Positions 10,100 through 23,365 of a stretch of 64,000 nucleotides of DNA are shown here, piece by piece. The stretch covers positions 344,472,001 through 344,536,000 of the forward strand of contig OZ024741.1 in NCBI GenBank assembly GCA_964016885.1. The letters are read 5' to 3'. Both the position numbers and the translations under genes were made by a program. This stretch comes from Eledone cirrhosa. Lineage: Eukaryota. Under the pieces are notes generated by a model that worked only from the letters and a program-made list of their open reading frames with translations, did not search any database and had not been told where the DNA came from. Each line of letters starts with the position of its first letter. Positions within the stretch are counted from its first letter, which is position 1.

Positions 10100-13000
10100 T
10101 AGCTGAGCTACTCGGTGATACCCGGGTATTTTATGAAAGTTACAATATATTTGGCACACATTACAAAATATTTGACCATTCAAATATGATTGCTGAATTT
10201 TAACCAAAGTAGGAATTATAGCAGAATATTTATTGCCGTTTGGTCAAAGTAAATTCATCTAGATAAAAATATTATTTTTTTCCAGTGGTGATTTTTTGAA
10301 TACTGCCCCCTATTACAGTCACCATATAATGCTTTACTCATAGATGAATCATTAGGTATGTTGTCAATGAAAAGGGCATGACCAAAAAAATACATTTAGA
10401 TTTTTTTTATTTATCCTTTTCTTTCGTTTTTTTTTTGTTTTTTTTTTTGCTCAATCTGAACCTCTGAAATTCAAACAACATGTAAATACTATTTTAAAAA
10501 CCATAAATAGAATAATAACATAAATTTAGCATTGGTTTATGATTGAATGAAGCATTTACTTACTCATTTCTGTAATTCGGGGAAAATGTATTTAAATTTG
10601 TACACTGTAGCTTTCACCAATCTTTGGCCTCTATGGCAGTAGGATCTTGTTTGAGGGAGATTTGTTTTCTATTTCTATTAGCTATACCAACAGTTATAGT
10701 GGCTCATATGACATACTTACATACATACACATGTATGTGTGTAAGACAGTTGTTTGTGATTTGAAATGGATTTTGCTAATATTTCTAGTAGATCGAGTTA
10801 TCACATAGAACCATTCCTTTTTGCTTCATACATATATATACATACCTGAGAAAGTAAGGTGGGATTTGAAGGAAATTTGGCTGCTATTTCTACCCAACAA
10901 AGTCCTCACTTATACTACTTTATATAGCAGAGGTACCCGGGAATGCCTGCATATTCTTCCAAAGTAACACCATGCAGTAAATTTGCGGCTTCAGAATTCC
11001 TTGCAAACTACATGACTAAGTAATTAGGATCTGTGTGTATTGTCATTGAATGAGGAATTACGACATTGCTCATTCCAAAGCCTCTGGATACACAACATTT
11101 TTGGTTTTGCCCTATAGTGCCATAATGAAGAGACAATCAGGGTTCCCAACCCTTGTTGTGCCAACATAGAGTTGATCATGTGAAAAGACAGGATCTGCCA
11201 GATTCAACCCAACGACTTTCAATGATTGCCCTTGAGATTTATTAATGGTCATGGCAAAACTGAGCCTGATCGGAAATTGAAGTCTTTGAAATTCAAATGG
11301 CAAATCAGTTGGCTTCAGAGGTATTCTGGGAATGAAACAATTGTCACCAGCAAATTTTCCTGGCATGATTGCAACTTCTAGAACATTGGACATCATATTT
11401 TTGATGATGAGTCTTGTGCCATTACAAAGTTTTGGAGATCCAGATTGCGAAGTAGCATAACCGATGCTCCAAGCTTCAGTATCAGGTTGTGTGGAGGAAT
11501 TCCCGCTTGTTCAAGACTGTTCAAAAATTCAGTTGGATAGTTTACAACCTGGTCTTGAGAAGTGATTGTGTCAACTGATTTGTAGGATATTTTCTCTCCC
11601 GGTAACATCTCCAGCAGCTTTCTGTTGATTTCTTTCACATCAACATTTTTAGGTGCTAAGATTGCTCGTTCACAGAGCCATTTCGGATCACATTGCCTGG
11701 TCTGAATGTTTGGAAACACTCTGGCAATCAGTTCTTGTTTTGTGTCAATGATATGGCCAGATGACAACTGAATATTGTCATTGGAGTCCTTTTCAAGAAG
11801 TCCATTTCCCAATTTAAGTAGTTGGATGGCAAACTCACTGACACCTTCGCCACCAGTTAAGTACACTCGCATGTTGGTTGTAAGGCTCAGCAGCTGAAAG
11901 TGGGGTCAGAGATAGGATGTTTTCAGACATACATTGATCTGATCAGCTCGAGTCCCTCGAAGAATTACAGGCAGAGTTTGTCTGAAATCACCAGCAAAGA
12001 CCATTGTCACTCCTCCCATTATGCAACTATTTTCTCTTAGATCCCTTATCGTCCGGTCCAAAGCTTCAATTGCTCCTTTATGGCTCATAGTAGCTTCATC
12101 CCAAATTATCATCTTGCTTGTTTGCAGAAGCTTGCCCTTAGGTGAGTTCTTCTTGATGCTGCAAAAAGATTGTTCATGCCGTGTGAGAACTATGGGCAGC
12201 TTAAACATGGAGTGCGCAGTTGTTCCTCCATCCAGAAGTGTTGCTGCAATGCCACTTGAAGCCACAGCAAGGGCAATATGTTGTTCTTGGCGAACTTTTG
12301 CAAGCAGGAGGTTTATGAGGAGCATCGATGAAGAAAAGTCCACCCCTGTCATTTTGAATGTTTTCGATGATGTGGTAGGTGTATTTCTGGTCATCCATCA
12401 ATCGAGGTTCATTTTCATCCTCAAACTTACGAAATGCTTGAATATCGTAGTTTGTCTCCTGAAAAATGTTTTGTGCTACCTCCATTTCTTCATCTGGCTC
12501 TGGCATCCCGCAGTTAGCTAATGTGCTATTCATTGCCTGAACTCGATGGGACAAGTCACAGAGAGCTTGATTGTAAATCCTGGGGGTATATTCCATATAC
12601 ATATTGCCATGATGTCTTCGGGTTAGGTGTAGATAGTCGTCCGACATATTGTTTTTGTACTCCTGCCGGGGTAGATGAGCTTCATCAATTCCACATGCTG
12701 TGAGTATAATAGCAAATAATTGTCTTATTTGACTGGCTACTTTAGTGATTGCTGCTTCTCTAGGCACTTCTTCCAGTGTCCATTGTCATACAAGAGTCCA
12801 TGTTATTGGTATGTTGCGCACTCCCTTCCTCTGAAGCACCTAAGATCCTCAAATGACGTTGGTCCTCGAACAGTATGCAGAATTTGGGATGTTGTTGAAA
12901 TGGACATTGGAAGTATGTTGTTAGGATGGACATTGTAAACACGCCCAAATAGCATCACTTGACTTGACTTCATGACCTTCCACTAAATGACCATGTTTTC

Positions 13001-16000
13001 TTCGATTGCAGGCCTTGCAATTGGTCCAGGTGTAGTATGTTGGGACTTCAGCATATAGGAGGGATCGAGCAAATTCATCATTCTGGCATAATTTTAAAAA
13101 AGCAGTTAGTGTAGTGTCATGTGATGCTTGTGCCAACTGAGGAACAGTGATCTCAGTGAAGCACACTCTGTCCATTTTCCAGATGGACTGCAAGGTTGAC
13201 AACTGTTGGGTGGCGTTGATGGATATCAAATCCAAAGATACGCCAGATAACTTCATTGCTGGAGATGTATCGACCTGTTTGATACCGTTTGACCTCATCC
13301 AGCCCACCATCATTGAGTTCTTTGTCAGTAATAAAGGTAGCCATGTCACTGCCCTTGTTGATATATTTTGTGACATATAGGATTGCCTTGACGGAGCTAC
13401 AATACTCAACATTGATATGAGCTTTTAAAAGTTTACACAACAATTTGTTGTGTGGGATGACCCACTGATTGTTTATGGTCAGCTCCTCTCCTCGAACTGT
13501 TAGGCTTGCAGTATTGCCTCCATGTTCTGGTCTACGCCTACGATAAAGGGGGTATCCATTATTGTCAGTCCGAGTTTCTCGAATAAAAGCTCTAGGATAA
13601 TGTTTGCTGAAATTTTGATCTTTCATGCAGGGAGAGGCTGGATTGATGACTCCACATAGACCATGAATGAGTTTGGACTTGATGGTTTCAAAGAGCTCTG
13701 GATCACCACCTTTATCAGGCAACTCTGCTGAAATTATCTTATCAACATCATCTGGTCTTATCTTCTCCTTGCACCAGATTAGTGTGTGAGAGTGAGGAAG
13801 ACCTCTCGTCTGCCACTCAATAGTGGTCATCCAAGCACTAAGCTCACCAAAGATTCACCTTCTTTTAGGAGCCAGGTGAGTTTTTTTTGCTTTTCATGGA
13901 AAACCCGAGCAATGAGATCATGTCGATCCTTTGGTTTTTGATTTTGAAATAATTCATTTGATATTTCTGACCAGTTTGAATTGCATGTAAATGTAATGAA
14001 GAGATCTGGCCGACCAAATTTTCTGACATAGCATCTTGCGTGCATTCATGCATGTAACGTGGTCCTCCCGTGAAGCTTGATGGTAGTATGACTGGCTGGC
14101 CAATATTTCTTGGGTCAACATCAGAATTGATGGCATCTCTAAGGTGGATGTAGTTATCTGCCCTCAACTTAGTTTGATTTCTTCGCAGAAATCCCAATCT
14201 TTCTGTTTCAATTTTGGCATACATGTCCACCATGAACTGGCTGGTTACTTCTTTGAATCGCAGAACTTGGTTGAATTGATCACGTACCATGAAATGATAA
14301 GCATAGAATTCTTTGCAGCTGATTGATCGGCCAGTTTCTTGTCCCGTTCCTGGGTTGATCTGCCGTAGCTGAAAATGATATCCATCTTGACCATTCCAAA
14401 AGATGAGCGAATATTGGAGTGAATCATAGGCTCTATGAGTTTCACAAATTCGCTCCAAATGCCACGTTGTTAATGCTGTTCATCAACCATTATGATTGCA
14501 ACTTCATCAGTGACAGGTGCATTGAATCTGCGTTCATGTTCTGAAGCTGGGCGTTTGTCTGCCCTAATGATGATTTAACAATCTCTGGTGTTGTTCATAT
14601 GCTCCAGTGCATATTTAAATACACTGACGTATATGTGATGTTGGTGAAGCATTTCTTGTAACTTTATGACTACCATGGACTTTAGTACATCTTTGTTGTG
14701 CCTGTGTTTCATTTCCACCCATGAAGTAAACCTGCACAAATTTGTGAGGCTCCTGTGAAAGTGGCAGAAGGCCACCCATTAAGTGGTAACACTGTCCCTG
14801 AATTTTATAAGTTGTACAGAATCTAAAGTCAGTCACATTCCTGTCAGCCCCAAAAGATGTCATTTGAAAGGCAGAATTATATTTTATGATGTATTTATTG
14901 AAGTGTCATGCTTCTGGTGTATACTGAAGGAGCAGATGCTTCTGAAATTCAGGAGGTTCTTGTATTGTTTTAAGGCTCACTTTGCCTTTTGAGCAGCATA
15001 GACTTGGTGTTTCTGCTGCCCACTTCTTGGCACCACAATACAGGCATCATTTGTTTATTTTCCCAATGTTGATTTGTGGATTACTGCTGTAGTCCTTTTG
15101 GGGGTCATAAGAAAAAGCACCCATCAGCCAGTTCATTTTACTTGTGGCTTGTTCTCCTGCTCGGGCAGTAGAACGATGTGCTTGATTAGCATTTCGTCTG
15201 ATTTGCTACTGTTCCTTAATTTGTTGTTCTCGTGTAGCAGCAGTCCTTTGTTCCCTTTCATCCAAACGGTGTGCTCGTGCTAAAGCTGTTTGGGCTCTGT
15301 TAGCAGCTAGACGGGCATGGCGAACTTCTTCACTTTCTTCAGATCGCTGTGTTTTCTTTCTCTTAGCCTCTGAAGATGACCTTCCATATCATGATCTGGA
15401 ACGTTTTCTAGGCATTTGAAGTGATATTACTACACACCACACTCTTTCCGAAATAGAAACAACTATAGAATGTATTGTTCACTCAGTAAAGTTGTTTTAA
15501 ATGATCTCTTTATATGAATGTATATTAGGTGTAATTAATTTTAGACATATGTAGAAAATATTGGGATTTCAGATTGTATAAAAAAAAACGACAAATACTA
15601 CAAAAAAAATATTGTCTGTGTTAATTCAAATAACAGCAGAAAATAATATATTCAAATAATATCTTTTAAAAATACGGTTTTTTTTTTGTTTTTGTTTTTT
15701 TGTCTATTAAATACATATATACAACTGTGATTTCTTTAGACATATGTAGAAAATAAGCTTTGATGGTAACATATATCGTCTGCTAAAGAACGCCCCCCCC
15801 CCCAATAACATACACGTATGTGTGTGTAAATATATATATAAACGCGGACACACTTTAGATAAAGAATCCCTCCAATCACCCTCCCTCTCTCCTGCCTCTT
15901 TACTTTTTTCTCTCTCCTATCTTTTCTATTTTCTTATTGTCTTTCTCTCCCCATCTGCCTTACTCTCTTTCTCTTTCTCATCTCCTCTCTTTCTTTCTCT

Positions 16001-16143
16001 CACTCATCCTCTACAGAATAGCGAACAAAAAATAAATAAAAGATAAATAACATTGGGAGAGTTAAGAAGTGTGTAAAAAAAATAAATAAATAAAAGTTAA
16101 TGAACGCTGGCTACTTTCCCTCTCTCTCTCTCTCCCATACCAT

Positions 16144-16198
<55 letters not shown>

Positions 16199-16696
16199 GA
16201 ATAGAGAACAAAAATAAAGAAAAGATAAATAACGTTAAGGAAGCGGGAGAGTTAAAAAGTGTGTAAAAATAATATATAAATAAAAGTTAACAACGCTGGG
16301 AGCTTTCCTTCTCTCTCTTTCATCTTCTTTCTCTCTCAACTCCTTAATCTCTTTCTTTCTCTCTCTCATCCCCTTACTCTCTCTCCCATCTCCCACTCTC
16401 TCTCTTTCTCTCTCATCCCTTACTCTCTCTCTTTCTCTCTCCCATCCCTCACTCTCTTATCTACAAACTGGAGAACCTAACAAAACAAAATGGATGATCT
16501 CTTTTGATATTCATTAGAAAATAATATAAATTGAATTTACATGAATTCCTTGCTTTGCAAAATAAAACGTTTTCGACCGTTACCTGTCCGGGTGTATAGT
16601 GAATATGTACATGTAATTTTGAGGAGTTTGGTCCGGTAGTTTGCTGGTTTTAGGCGGACACACAGAATCGTAAACTTGCATTTATATATATAGAGA
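10099..16696 (-). mobile_element. Near full-length decayed Helitron
   Basis: Minus-strand 5' end A|TCTCTATATATATAAATGC at 16696; 3' end cccgggtatcaccgagtagctcagCTAG|T at 10099; encloses the Rep/Helicase pseudogene. Confidence 0.8.
11070..15415 (-). pseudogene. Helitron Rep/Helicase (HUH Y2 endonuclease plus Pif1-family helicase), multiply frameshifted
   Basis: FITFTCN, EWQTRGLPHSHTL (HUH), YVTKYINKG; helicase VASSGIAATLL, IIWDEATM, GDFRQTLP, FAMTINKSQGQSL. Starts MPRKRSRS and ends NVVYPEALE*. Confidence 0.93.
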
Positions 16697-16706
16697 TAAA
16701 TATTCG

Positions 16707-16839
<133 letters not shown>

Positions 16840-16886
16840 ATAATATAATAAACTTTTCAAGGATTTACACCAGTCCAGCCCCCTGC

Positions 16887-16940
<54 letters not shown>

Positions 16941-16987
16941 GCAGGGGGCTGGACTGGTGTAAATCCTTGAAAAGTTTATTATATTAT
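16840..16987. repeat. Perfect inverted repeat (~55-bp arms) centred on (TA)n
   Basis: aataaacttttcaaggatttacaccagtccagccccctgctatttt and its exact reverse complement. Confidence 0.93.
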
Positions 16988-17038
16988 GATCATTTCAATG
17001 ACCGGGTTCCGAATGAATCCGGTGATATCATCAGGTAT
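16981..17038 (-). ncRNA. Partly decayed minimal type I hammerhead
   Basis: atac-CTGATGA-tatcaccgg..ccggtcatt-GAAA-T-GATC-ATA-atat, followed by AATAAA. Confidence 0.55.
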
Positions 17039-17852
17039 TCGAAATATAACAAAGGAATATAGTGAACTGGTTGAGTACTCTCCATAATATTACATCCAGA
17101 TTGACCGTACGGAATGACCAATTCTATCCAGTGGTGAACCAACAAACCTAAATAAATATATATATATATATATATGGTGGCTGCCAACTCGTTTTCGAGT
17201 ACGGCCACTACTTTATATCCATGTAGGAGAACCCCTACCGATGCGCTGAACGAGTGTGACTTTTAGTCCAGCCAGCGACTTGAAAACTCTGGTACAAACA
17301 CTACACTTGTGACAATTATTGACACATAGTGTTGGGCCCATGGTACCATGTGACGACAAGTGCAGAGAGATCTCCAGATATAAAGCAATGCCTGTGCCGT
17401 GAAGCTTTTATAGTGAGCAAAGGCACTGCACAAAGCCAGTCCCACTCTCTTAACCAAGATGATATTTACCAAAAAGAAGAACAAGTCAACATCATTGGAT
17501 ACCATCAGGGTTTCAGGTGTTATATCAGAGTTTTCCTTCTCCTAGAATTCTGCCTTGACAGAGGCTAAGGGGTCATCTCTCCCGGTGATTTTGTACATGT
17601 AATTTTGAGTCAATGGCCATCCCCCCCCCCAAAAAAAATATATATATATGAGTGTGTGTGTGTGAGACAAACCACAACAGAAACGCAAACCCTCCATCTC
17701 AATTTTACATTTGAAAATCATAAGAAATGGGAAACTAGTAAAGTAATTGAATATATATTCTTAAAAGACTCCAGCTGCATTTTCAATTTCTTTTCCTTCC
17801 TTATACCTTCACCTGTGTGGGACATCTTGTTTTTGTTTTTTTTAATCATTTT

Positions 17853-17903
<51 letters not shown>

Positions 17904-17960
17904 GCGGTGCCCCAGCATGGCCTCAGCTGGATGGCTGGAACAGGTAAAAGAGTAAAAGAG

Positions 17961-17995
<35 letters not shown>

Positions 17996-17997
<2 letters not shown>

Positions 17998-18281
17998 GGC
18001 TTCAGGCTTGCAATTGAGAGGTTGTGAGTTCGATTCTCGGACCGGGGGTGATGCGTTGTGTCCTTGAGCAAGACAATTTATTTCACGTTGCTCAGTTGTT
18101 GAAATGAGTTACGACATCACTGGTACCAAGCTGTATCGGCCCTTGCCTTTCCTTTGGACAACATCGGTGACGTAGAGAGGAAACTTTCTAGGTGCAAAAC
18201 GTACCCGGCGTCGGGTAAAATTTACCTCAAAGGACAACGTGTGAAACTACATCCGGTATGAGAGCCGATGAAATGAAATGA
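17996..18281 (+). mobile_element. tRNA-derived SINE, family B (tgtgtccttgagcaag core)
   Basis: B-box-like gagttcgattc, CORE-like central motif and (GAAAT)n tail; homologous to 61630-61915. Confidence 0.75.
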
Positions 18282-18514
18282 TATTTGTGTGATCTTGTCT
18301 CGTTCGTTTTCTTCCTTTTCTCCTTTCTTTCTATCACTTCTGCAGTCCAAAACACTTCTAGCTACAGATTTCTGTCCTCTGAGGTAAATCTTTACTCGAT
18401 GGCGTCATGCTGATGTAACAGCTTTTCTTGTGTTGAGTTTTTCTCATTTTCAATGAATTCTAATACACTAGTGCTCTAACACGATCTTCGAGAAAACTTT
18501 ATATATATATATAT

Positions 18515-19010
18515 AGTAATAATAATAAAATTGAAGACTAAAATCCAAAGAGGGCTCGATAAGGAAAATATATATCAAATATATAAGAACCGTAGAGCAA
18601 ATATTTATTAAAATAACAGATTAAAGTTTAAGCAAAGAATCGCTGCTTTCACCCTTAACGGGATCTTCTGAAACTAACAAAGTCAATCTGTAAACGCAGA
18701 ACTGGATATTACAAAAAACGTTGCAACCGGAGGAAGACAGGAAGACGATACTTTGGTTCGTGGTAACGTTCGCTGGCAAAGAACGGGGAAAAACGAATAT
18801 TACGCCATTAATAGGAGCGGTGAAAAACAATTACGCGCAAAGACAGAACCACGTTTATGGTATAAAAGAGGTCGTAGACTAATGTTCTCTTAGGTGGTGC
18901 ATAGAGACGTTCTCTGGCAATGTAACGAAAAAACGAAGATAATAAGTCATATGTGGAGCGTGGAGAACAATAGCACGCAATTGCTTAAACTTTAATCTGT
19001 TATTTTAATA
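18515..19010. mobile_element. (TA)n-flanked element with internal inversion and decayed hammerhead (18625-18675, minus strand)
   Basis: Shares both ends with 9070-9382 but the interior is inverted; agttt-CAGAAGA-tcccgttaagggt-GAAAGCA..TGCTT-aaact. Confidence 0.6.
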
Positions 19011-19815
19011 TATATATATATATATATATGAAAAACATGGGGAGAAGAATACTGCATGGTTGCACATGGATTACATATTATAAAATTAGTCCCTCATCAG
19101 TGATTTGCCAACGATCATTGGTATTTCATCGCATTAAAAATCATATACCTCAGGTTGGTGCGAGCAATAACTAAAATAAGCTATTGGGACAAGTGAAACG
19201 CGTAAAGCGAGTGAGACAAGTAAACAACAAAGAAGGAAAAGCTAACCGAAGATGGGAAGAAAAACAAGCAACATGGTTATCCGATCAGCATAAGCTGGGT
19301 GAATTTCATGAGCGCTCAGCAAACAGACCTTTCGCTGTGAATGGGATGTGAGAAAGAAGGAATCCCACTCCTAGCGAACGGGAGGAAGTGAGATGGGGAG
19401 AAACAGAGAGTGAGTGAGTGGAAGTGCGAGGAAGAGGTCAGTCGAGAGAAAGTGTTAACTGAGAGAGGGGACGAAAGAAGGTAAGAGAAACAGAGAGAAC
19501 GGGGAAGCAGTAAGAGAGAAAGAGAGAAACAGAGAATCGCATGTGTTCTTACAGAAAAATATGTAGGCTTCTACATAAACCGGAAACATTCTCCCAACTT
19601 GTAGAAAACTTATAATGAAACAATTGTTTGGAAAGAGAGATATATTTTAATTTTAATTATATCTCATATAAAATAATACAACTGGCTTTCCACAAAATAC
19701 ATATAGTTAGCACCCCAAACACAAAATTGGGATTATACTAACGTATATCCTAATGTTTGTTGAGTGAGATGGTAGCCAGTCAGAGTTTAGCTTAAAGCTT
19801 TCTCTGTTATTGTAT

Positions 19816-19889
<74 letters not shown>

Positions 19890-20033
19890 AAACTATAAAA
19901 TTATAAAATTATAACATATATATATATATATAAACGGAAAAAATGAAACGAAATTTCATTTCTCACTCTTAGTACGGCTGTTACTTAAATTTAAGTATGT
20001 ATACGTACATACATATATGTATACAGACGTACA

Positions 20034-20370
20034 GTAGTATGTATATATATATATATATACATACATGCACACATATATATATGTACGTATGGATTCACCG
20101 AACATTTATTATAATGCTCGGTGTGTTTGTAAACAAACATCCCGAATTAAGCCGTACAGTGTCTAACAACCATCGTTGCTCATTTGTTCAACCCTGACAA
20201 AGCGTTCCTTTGTCAGGGTTGAACAAATGAGCAACGATGGTTGTTAGACACTGTACGGCTTAATTCGGGATGTTTGTTTACAAACACACCGAGCATTATA
20301 ATAAATGTTCGGTGAATCCATACGTACATATATATATGTGTGCATGTATGTATATATATATACATACTAC
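20034..20370. repeat. Large near-perfect palindrome (~165-bp arms, 5-nt loop)
   Basis: Arms meet at ...ccctgacaaag-cgttc-ctttgtcaggg... (loop 20203-20207). Confidence 0.95.
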
Positions 20371-20373
20371 ATA

Positions 20374-20423
<50 letters not shown>

Positions 20424-21513
20424 AAACTATAAAATTATAAAATTATAAAACCACATTAAAGGCAAAGTGCGACAGTTGATATTGACTTCCAGCCGACCCA
20501 GGAGGAGTTATACCCGACTGTGAAAGATTCAGTGATCTACACTAAAACCACGTGGTGGACATGTAAACAACATTGTTGTCATCGGTAGTTCTAGCCGTGA
20601 GTTTACTATATCTTCTACAGTACTTGAACACACCAGAAATTTACACTTTTTCTAATAAGCTCCGCTATTAACCTAACCATAACTGCTTTTCCTTCACTCT
20701 GCCCTAGGTAATTCCATAAGCGGTGTTTTCTATATACGCTTTCTGTCTACGAGACTAACTAGCCATTACGAATAGCATTTACTGTAGTATATTTACATAT
20801 GGTAAGGCACTTTAGCCAGATGCAGATTAGGCCATACTGTGTATTTCACGTGGGACGTTGGGTTGCGTAACCGAACGTGAAGACTGTGAGAGATAACAGA
20901 TATTGCGGACCCGTTTTATTTCCACTTCCTTCATTGGAGTGCCAGCAGTGCATGTACTCTGCTTTACCTCACTTCATTGTATTCTGTTTTGGATTTAAGG
21001 TGTTTGTTGCAGACAGCCTCTGTGGAAAAATCCTCTATGCGTGTATTTGGAAACCTAGTATTATGTCGCCTAATACTTGGAACTAGAACCAATGGATAGA
21101 GGGTGGTGGCCGGATATGGAGAAATCAACCTGTTACAAGGCGATACCACTGGAGTGCACCATTTTTCCTATAAACAATCCTGCCTGTAAAGCTGCACCAC
21201 AGCTAACCAACTTTTCTGTTTACTGACTCCTGCTTACAAGCTTTCATACTCTGCCTGTAAATGATGTACTTGCACTGCTTGTGAATTGATGTATCTATGC
21301 TTGGTTTGTTTTTTGATCATGCTGAGTAACACCCTCATTCATTTCGTGCTCTCCTCTCTCAACTTCCTTATGATCTATTGCACCATTTATGTGTTAAACT
21401 TTTAACGTAATTTTTTATGATGTAATTCTTTGTGACATTATATGTATCATGTATTGACCTTCCTTGACGAGGCTCGATGGAGCCTGCAACCTTTGATATA
21501 CTTTTGTTTATAG

Positions 21514-21558
21514 GCTCTGATGATTCTTGCCCTAGGGTATGGATGAAACACTGTTAGC
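21514..21558 (+). ncRNA. Minimal type I hammerhead, Penelope-like 3' end
   Basis: gct-CTGATGA-ttcttgccctagggtatggat-GAAAC-act-GTT-agc, then AATAAA, with (TA)n about 50 bp downstream. Confidence 0.65.
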
Positions 21559-21604
21559 AAATAAAACAATGTATTTCTAAGCACACTTTGGTTATTCCTA
21601 AACT

Positions 21605-21635
<31 letters not shown>

Positions 21636-21929
21636 GCATACATGCATAAGGCAACACCCAATCGAGCTTTTGCACTTCAGAAAGATAGAACGAGGAAACG
21701 AAAGAACACGACAATCTTTCAGTGATTGATTCGTGCTGTTAACTTGGTCTTGTATCGTTAACAACACAGTATTTCTTTGATATCTATCATATATTTACAT
21801 ATCGCTCTCTCACTCTGATCGATCGACAAGATCCTAAACCTCATTCGCTTGCGGAGTGGGGTGGACCTCGTCAAATCAGACCAAGGAAACAATGTTTCCA
21901 TTGGTTTTTCCATTGCTGATACTATCTAC

Positions 21930-22066
21930 CGGTCGCAACTCCTGGCAGAAAGAGCAACGTGAAATAAAATGTCTTGCTCAAGGACACAACTCATCACCCG
22001 GTCTGAGAATTGAACTCGCAACCTCACGATTGCGAATCCAACTCTCTAATCACTATGCCACACGCA
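21930..22066 (-). mobile_element. SINE family B, head and core
   Basis: cttgctcaaggacaca and gagaattgaactc (B-box reverse complement). Confidence 0.7.
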
Positions 22067-22331
22067 GGTTTTGTTAAATAATATAAATATAATTTTTTTT
22101 CATTTGTTTAAGAAAAAAACTTAATATAAATGCATCTTCAATTAATTTTTAAAGCAATCAAGAATTTGAGGGAATTAGTTGTATAACAGTCATTATCAAG
22201 CCAGTGTTTGGAACATGAGAAATGTTCTTACATAAAATTATGATAGAAAGTATTTAGATAAAATACTTTTGTATAGTTGAACCAAGGGTTTTATTAAAAA
22301 TGTACATGAGACCAAAATGGTAATTTATGTA

Positions 22332-22502
22332 CCGTTTTTCCCGGCGTCGAAGAGGCTACTTTTTTTTTTCCTAAAATACCTCTCAAAAATCTACCATGCA
22401 TCCTGGAGGCCGAAGGTTGTATATTATTTTTTTCAAATTTTTGGTTGTCAAAATTAGGGTGCGTCCTCGAGGACGAAGCGTCTTCGGCGCCGGGAAATAC
22501 GG
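22332..22502. mobile_element. MITE, Tc1/mariner (pogo/Tc2-like) ends with TA TSD
   Basis: TA-ccgtttttcccggcgtcgaaga ... tcttcggcgccgggaaatacgg-TA. Confidence 0.85.
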
Positions 22503-23365
22503 TAAGTTGAGTGCATTTGAGTTTTCAAAATTAAAGATACATTATTTTCATCAATAATGATGCCCCCCTTCCTTAGGTATCTTTGAGTTTGCAATTTAAC
22601 GTCGATGCTGAAAAAGGTACCCATTCCCTGTTGTAGACTATCTATTCAACTCATTTGTTGCTTAATTCAACACAATTTATCACAGCAGTACTGGAAATTG
22701 ACGCTGATGGTGTGGGGTTCAATGTGTAGTATATACAAAGCAGTTGTATATACTATAGAAGTATCTTGGCTTAATTCGAGGCAAGGAGTAAATATGTGAG
22801 AAATTCTTCATTACGCTCAGTTGGATCATGTTATGATAACTAGAGGACTGTCTCTTTTTCAAAACATATTATAAGTATATCGATATGGTGATGTAATGTA
22901 AATTCTTTTAAAAATATTATTTCTAGAACTGCTGAAAAGGAATGTCACAAGAATGTTGTGCTTTAGGAAGAAAATGAACTTTGACTGATGTTCTTTAAAG
23001 ATATATATCTTGCACTCCACTCTTATATTAAATTATCCCTGGCCACTCTTCAAAAATAGAAGCCTAAACATTTTGCATAATTTCGTTATATAAGATGATA
23101 TTCAATTTGATAGACAAATTTCAGAGAAAAGAAGACAAAATACTTTCTTTTTTTTTTTTTTACTTTATTTTAATTCTAGGAAAACGATAGAAAGTGAGAA
23201 AGTGGCAGTGGAGGTGTGCTGAAATACCGAACTTTTTTTTACCAAAATTGCGCTTTAAAAGAATGCTAGTTCTCCTTACCTAAATGAAGATACCGTACAC
23301 ATTTTGACAGGCTAGAAATTGCAGCCTAATCTCCATCAAACAATATATAACCGTCTTAATAAAAT

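Noticed and set aside
19090-19215. Minus-strand CTGATGA and plus-strand GAAACGCGTA
   Set aside because: They are on opposite strands and neither has a matching partner half.
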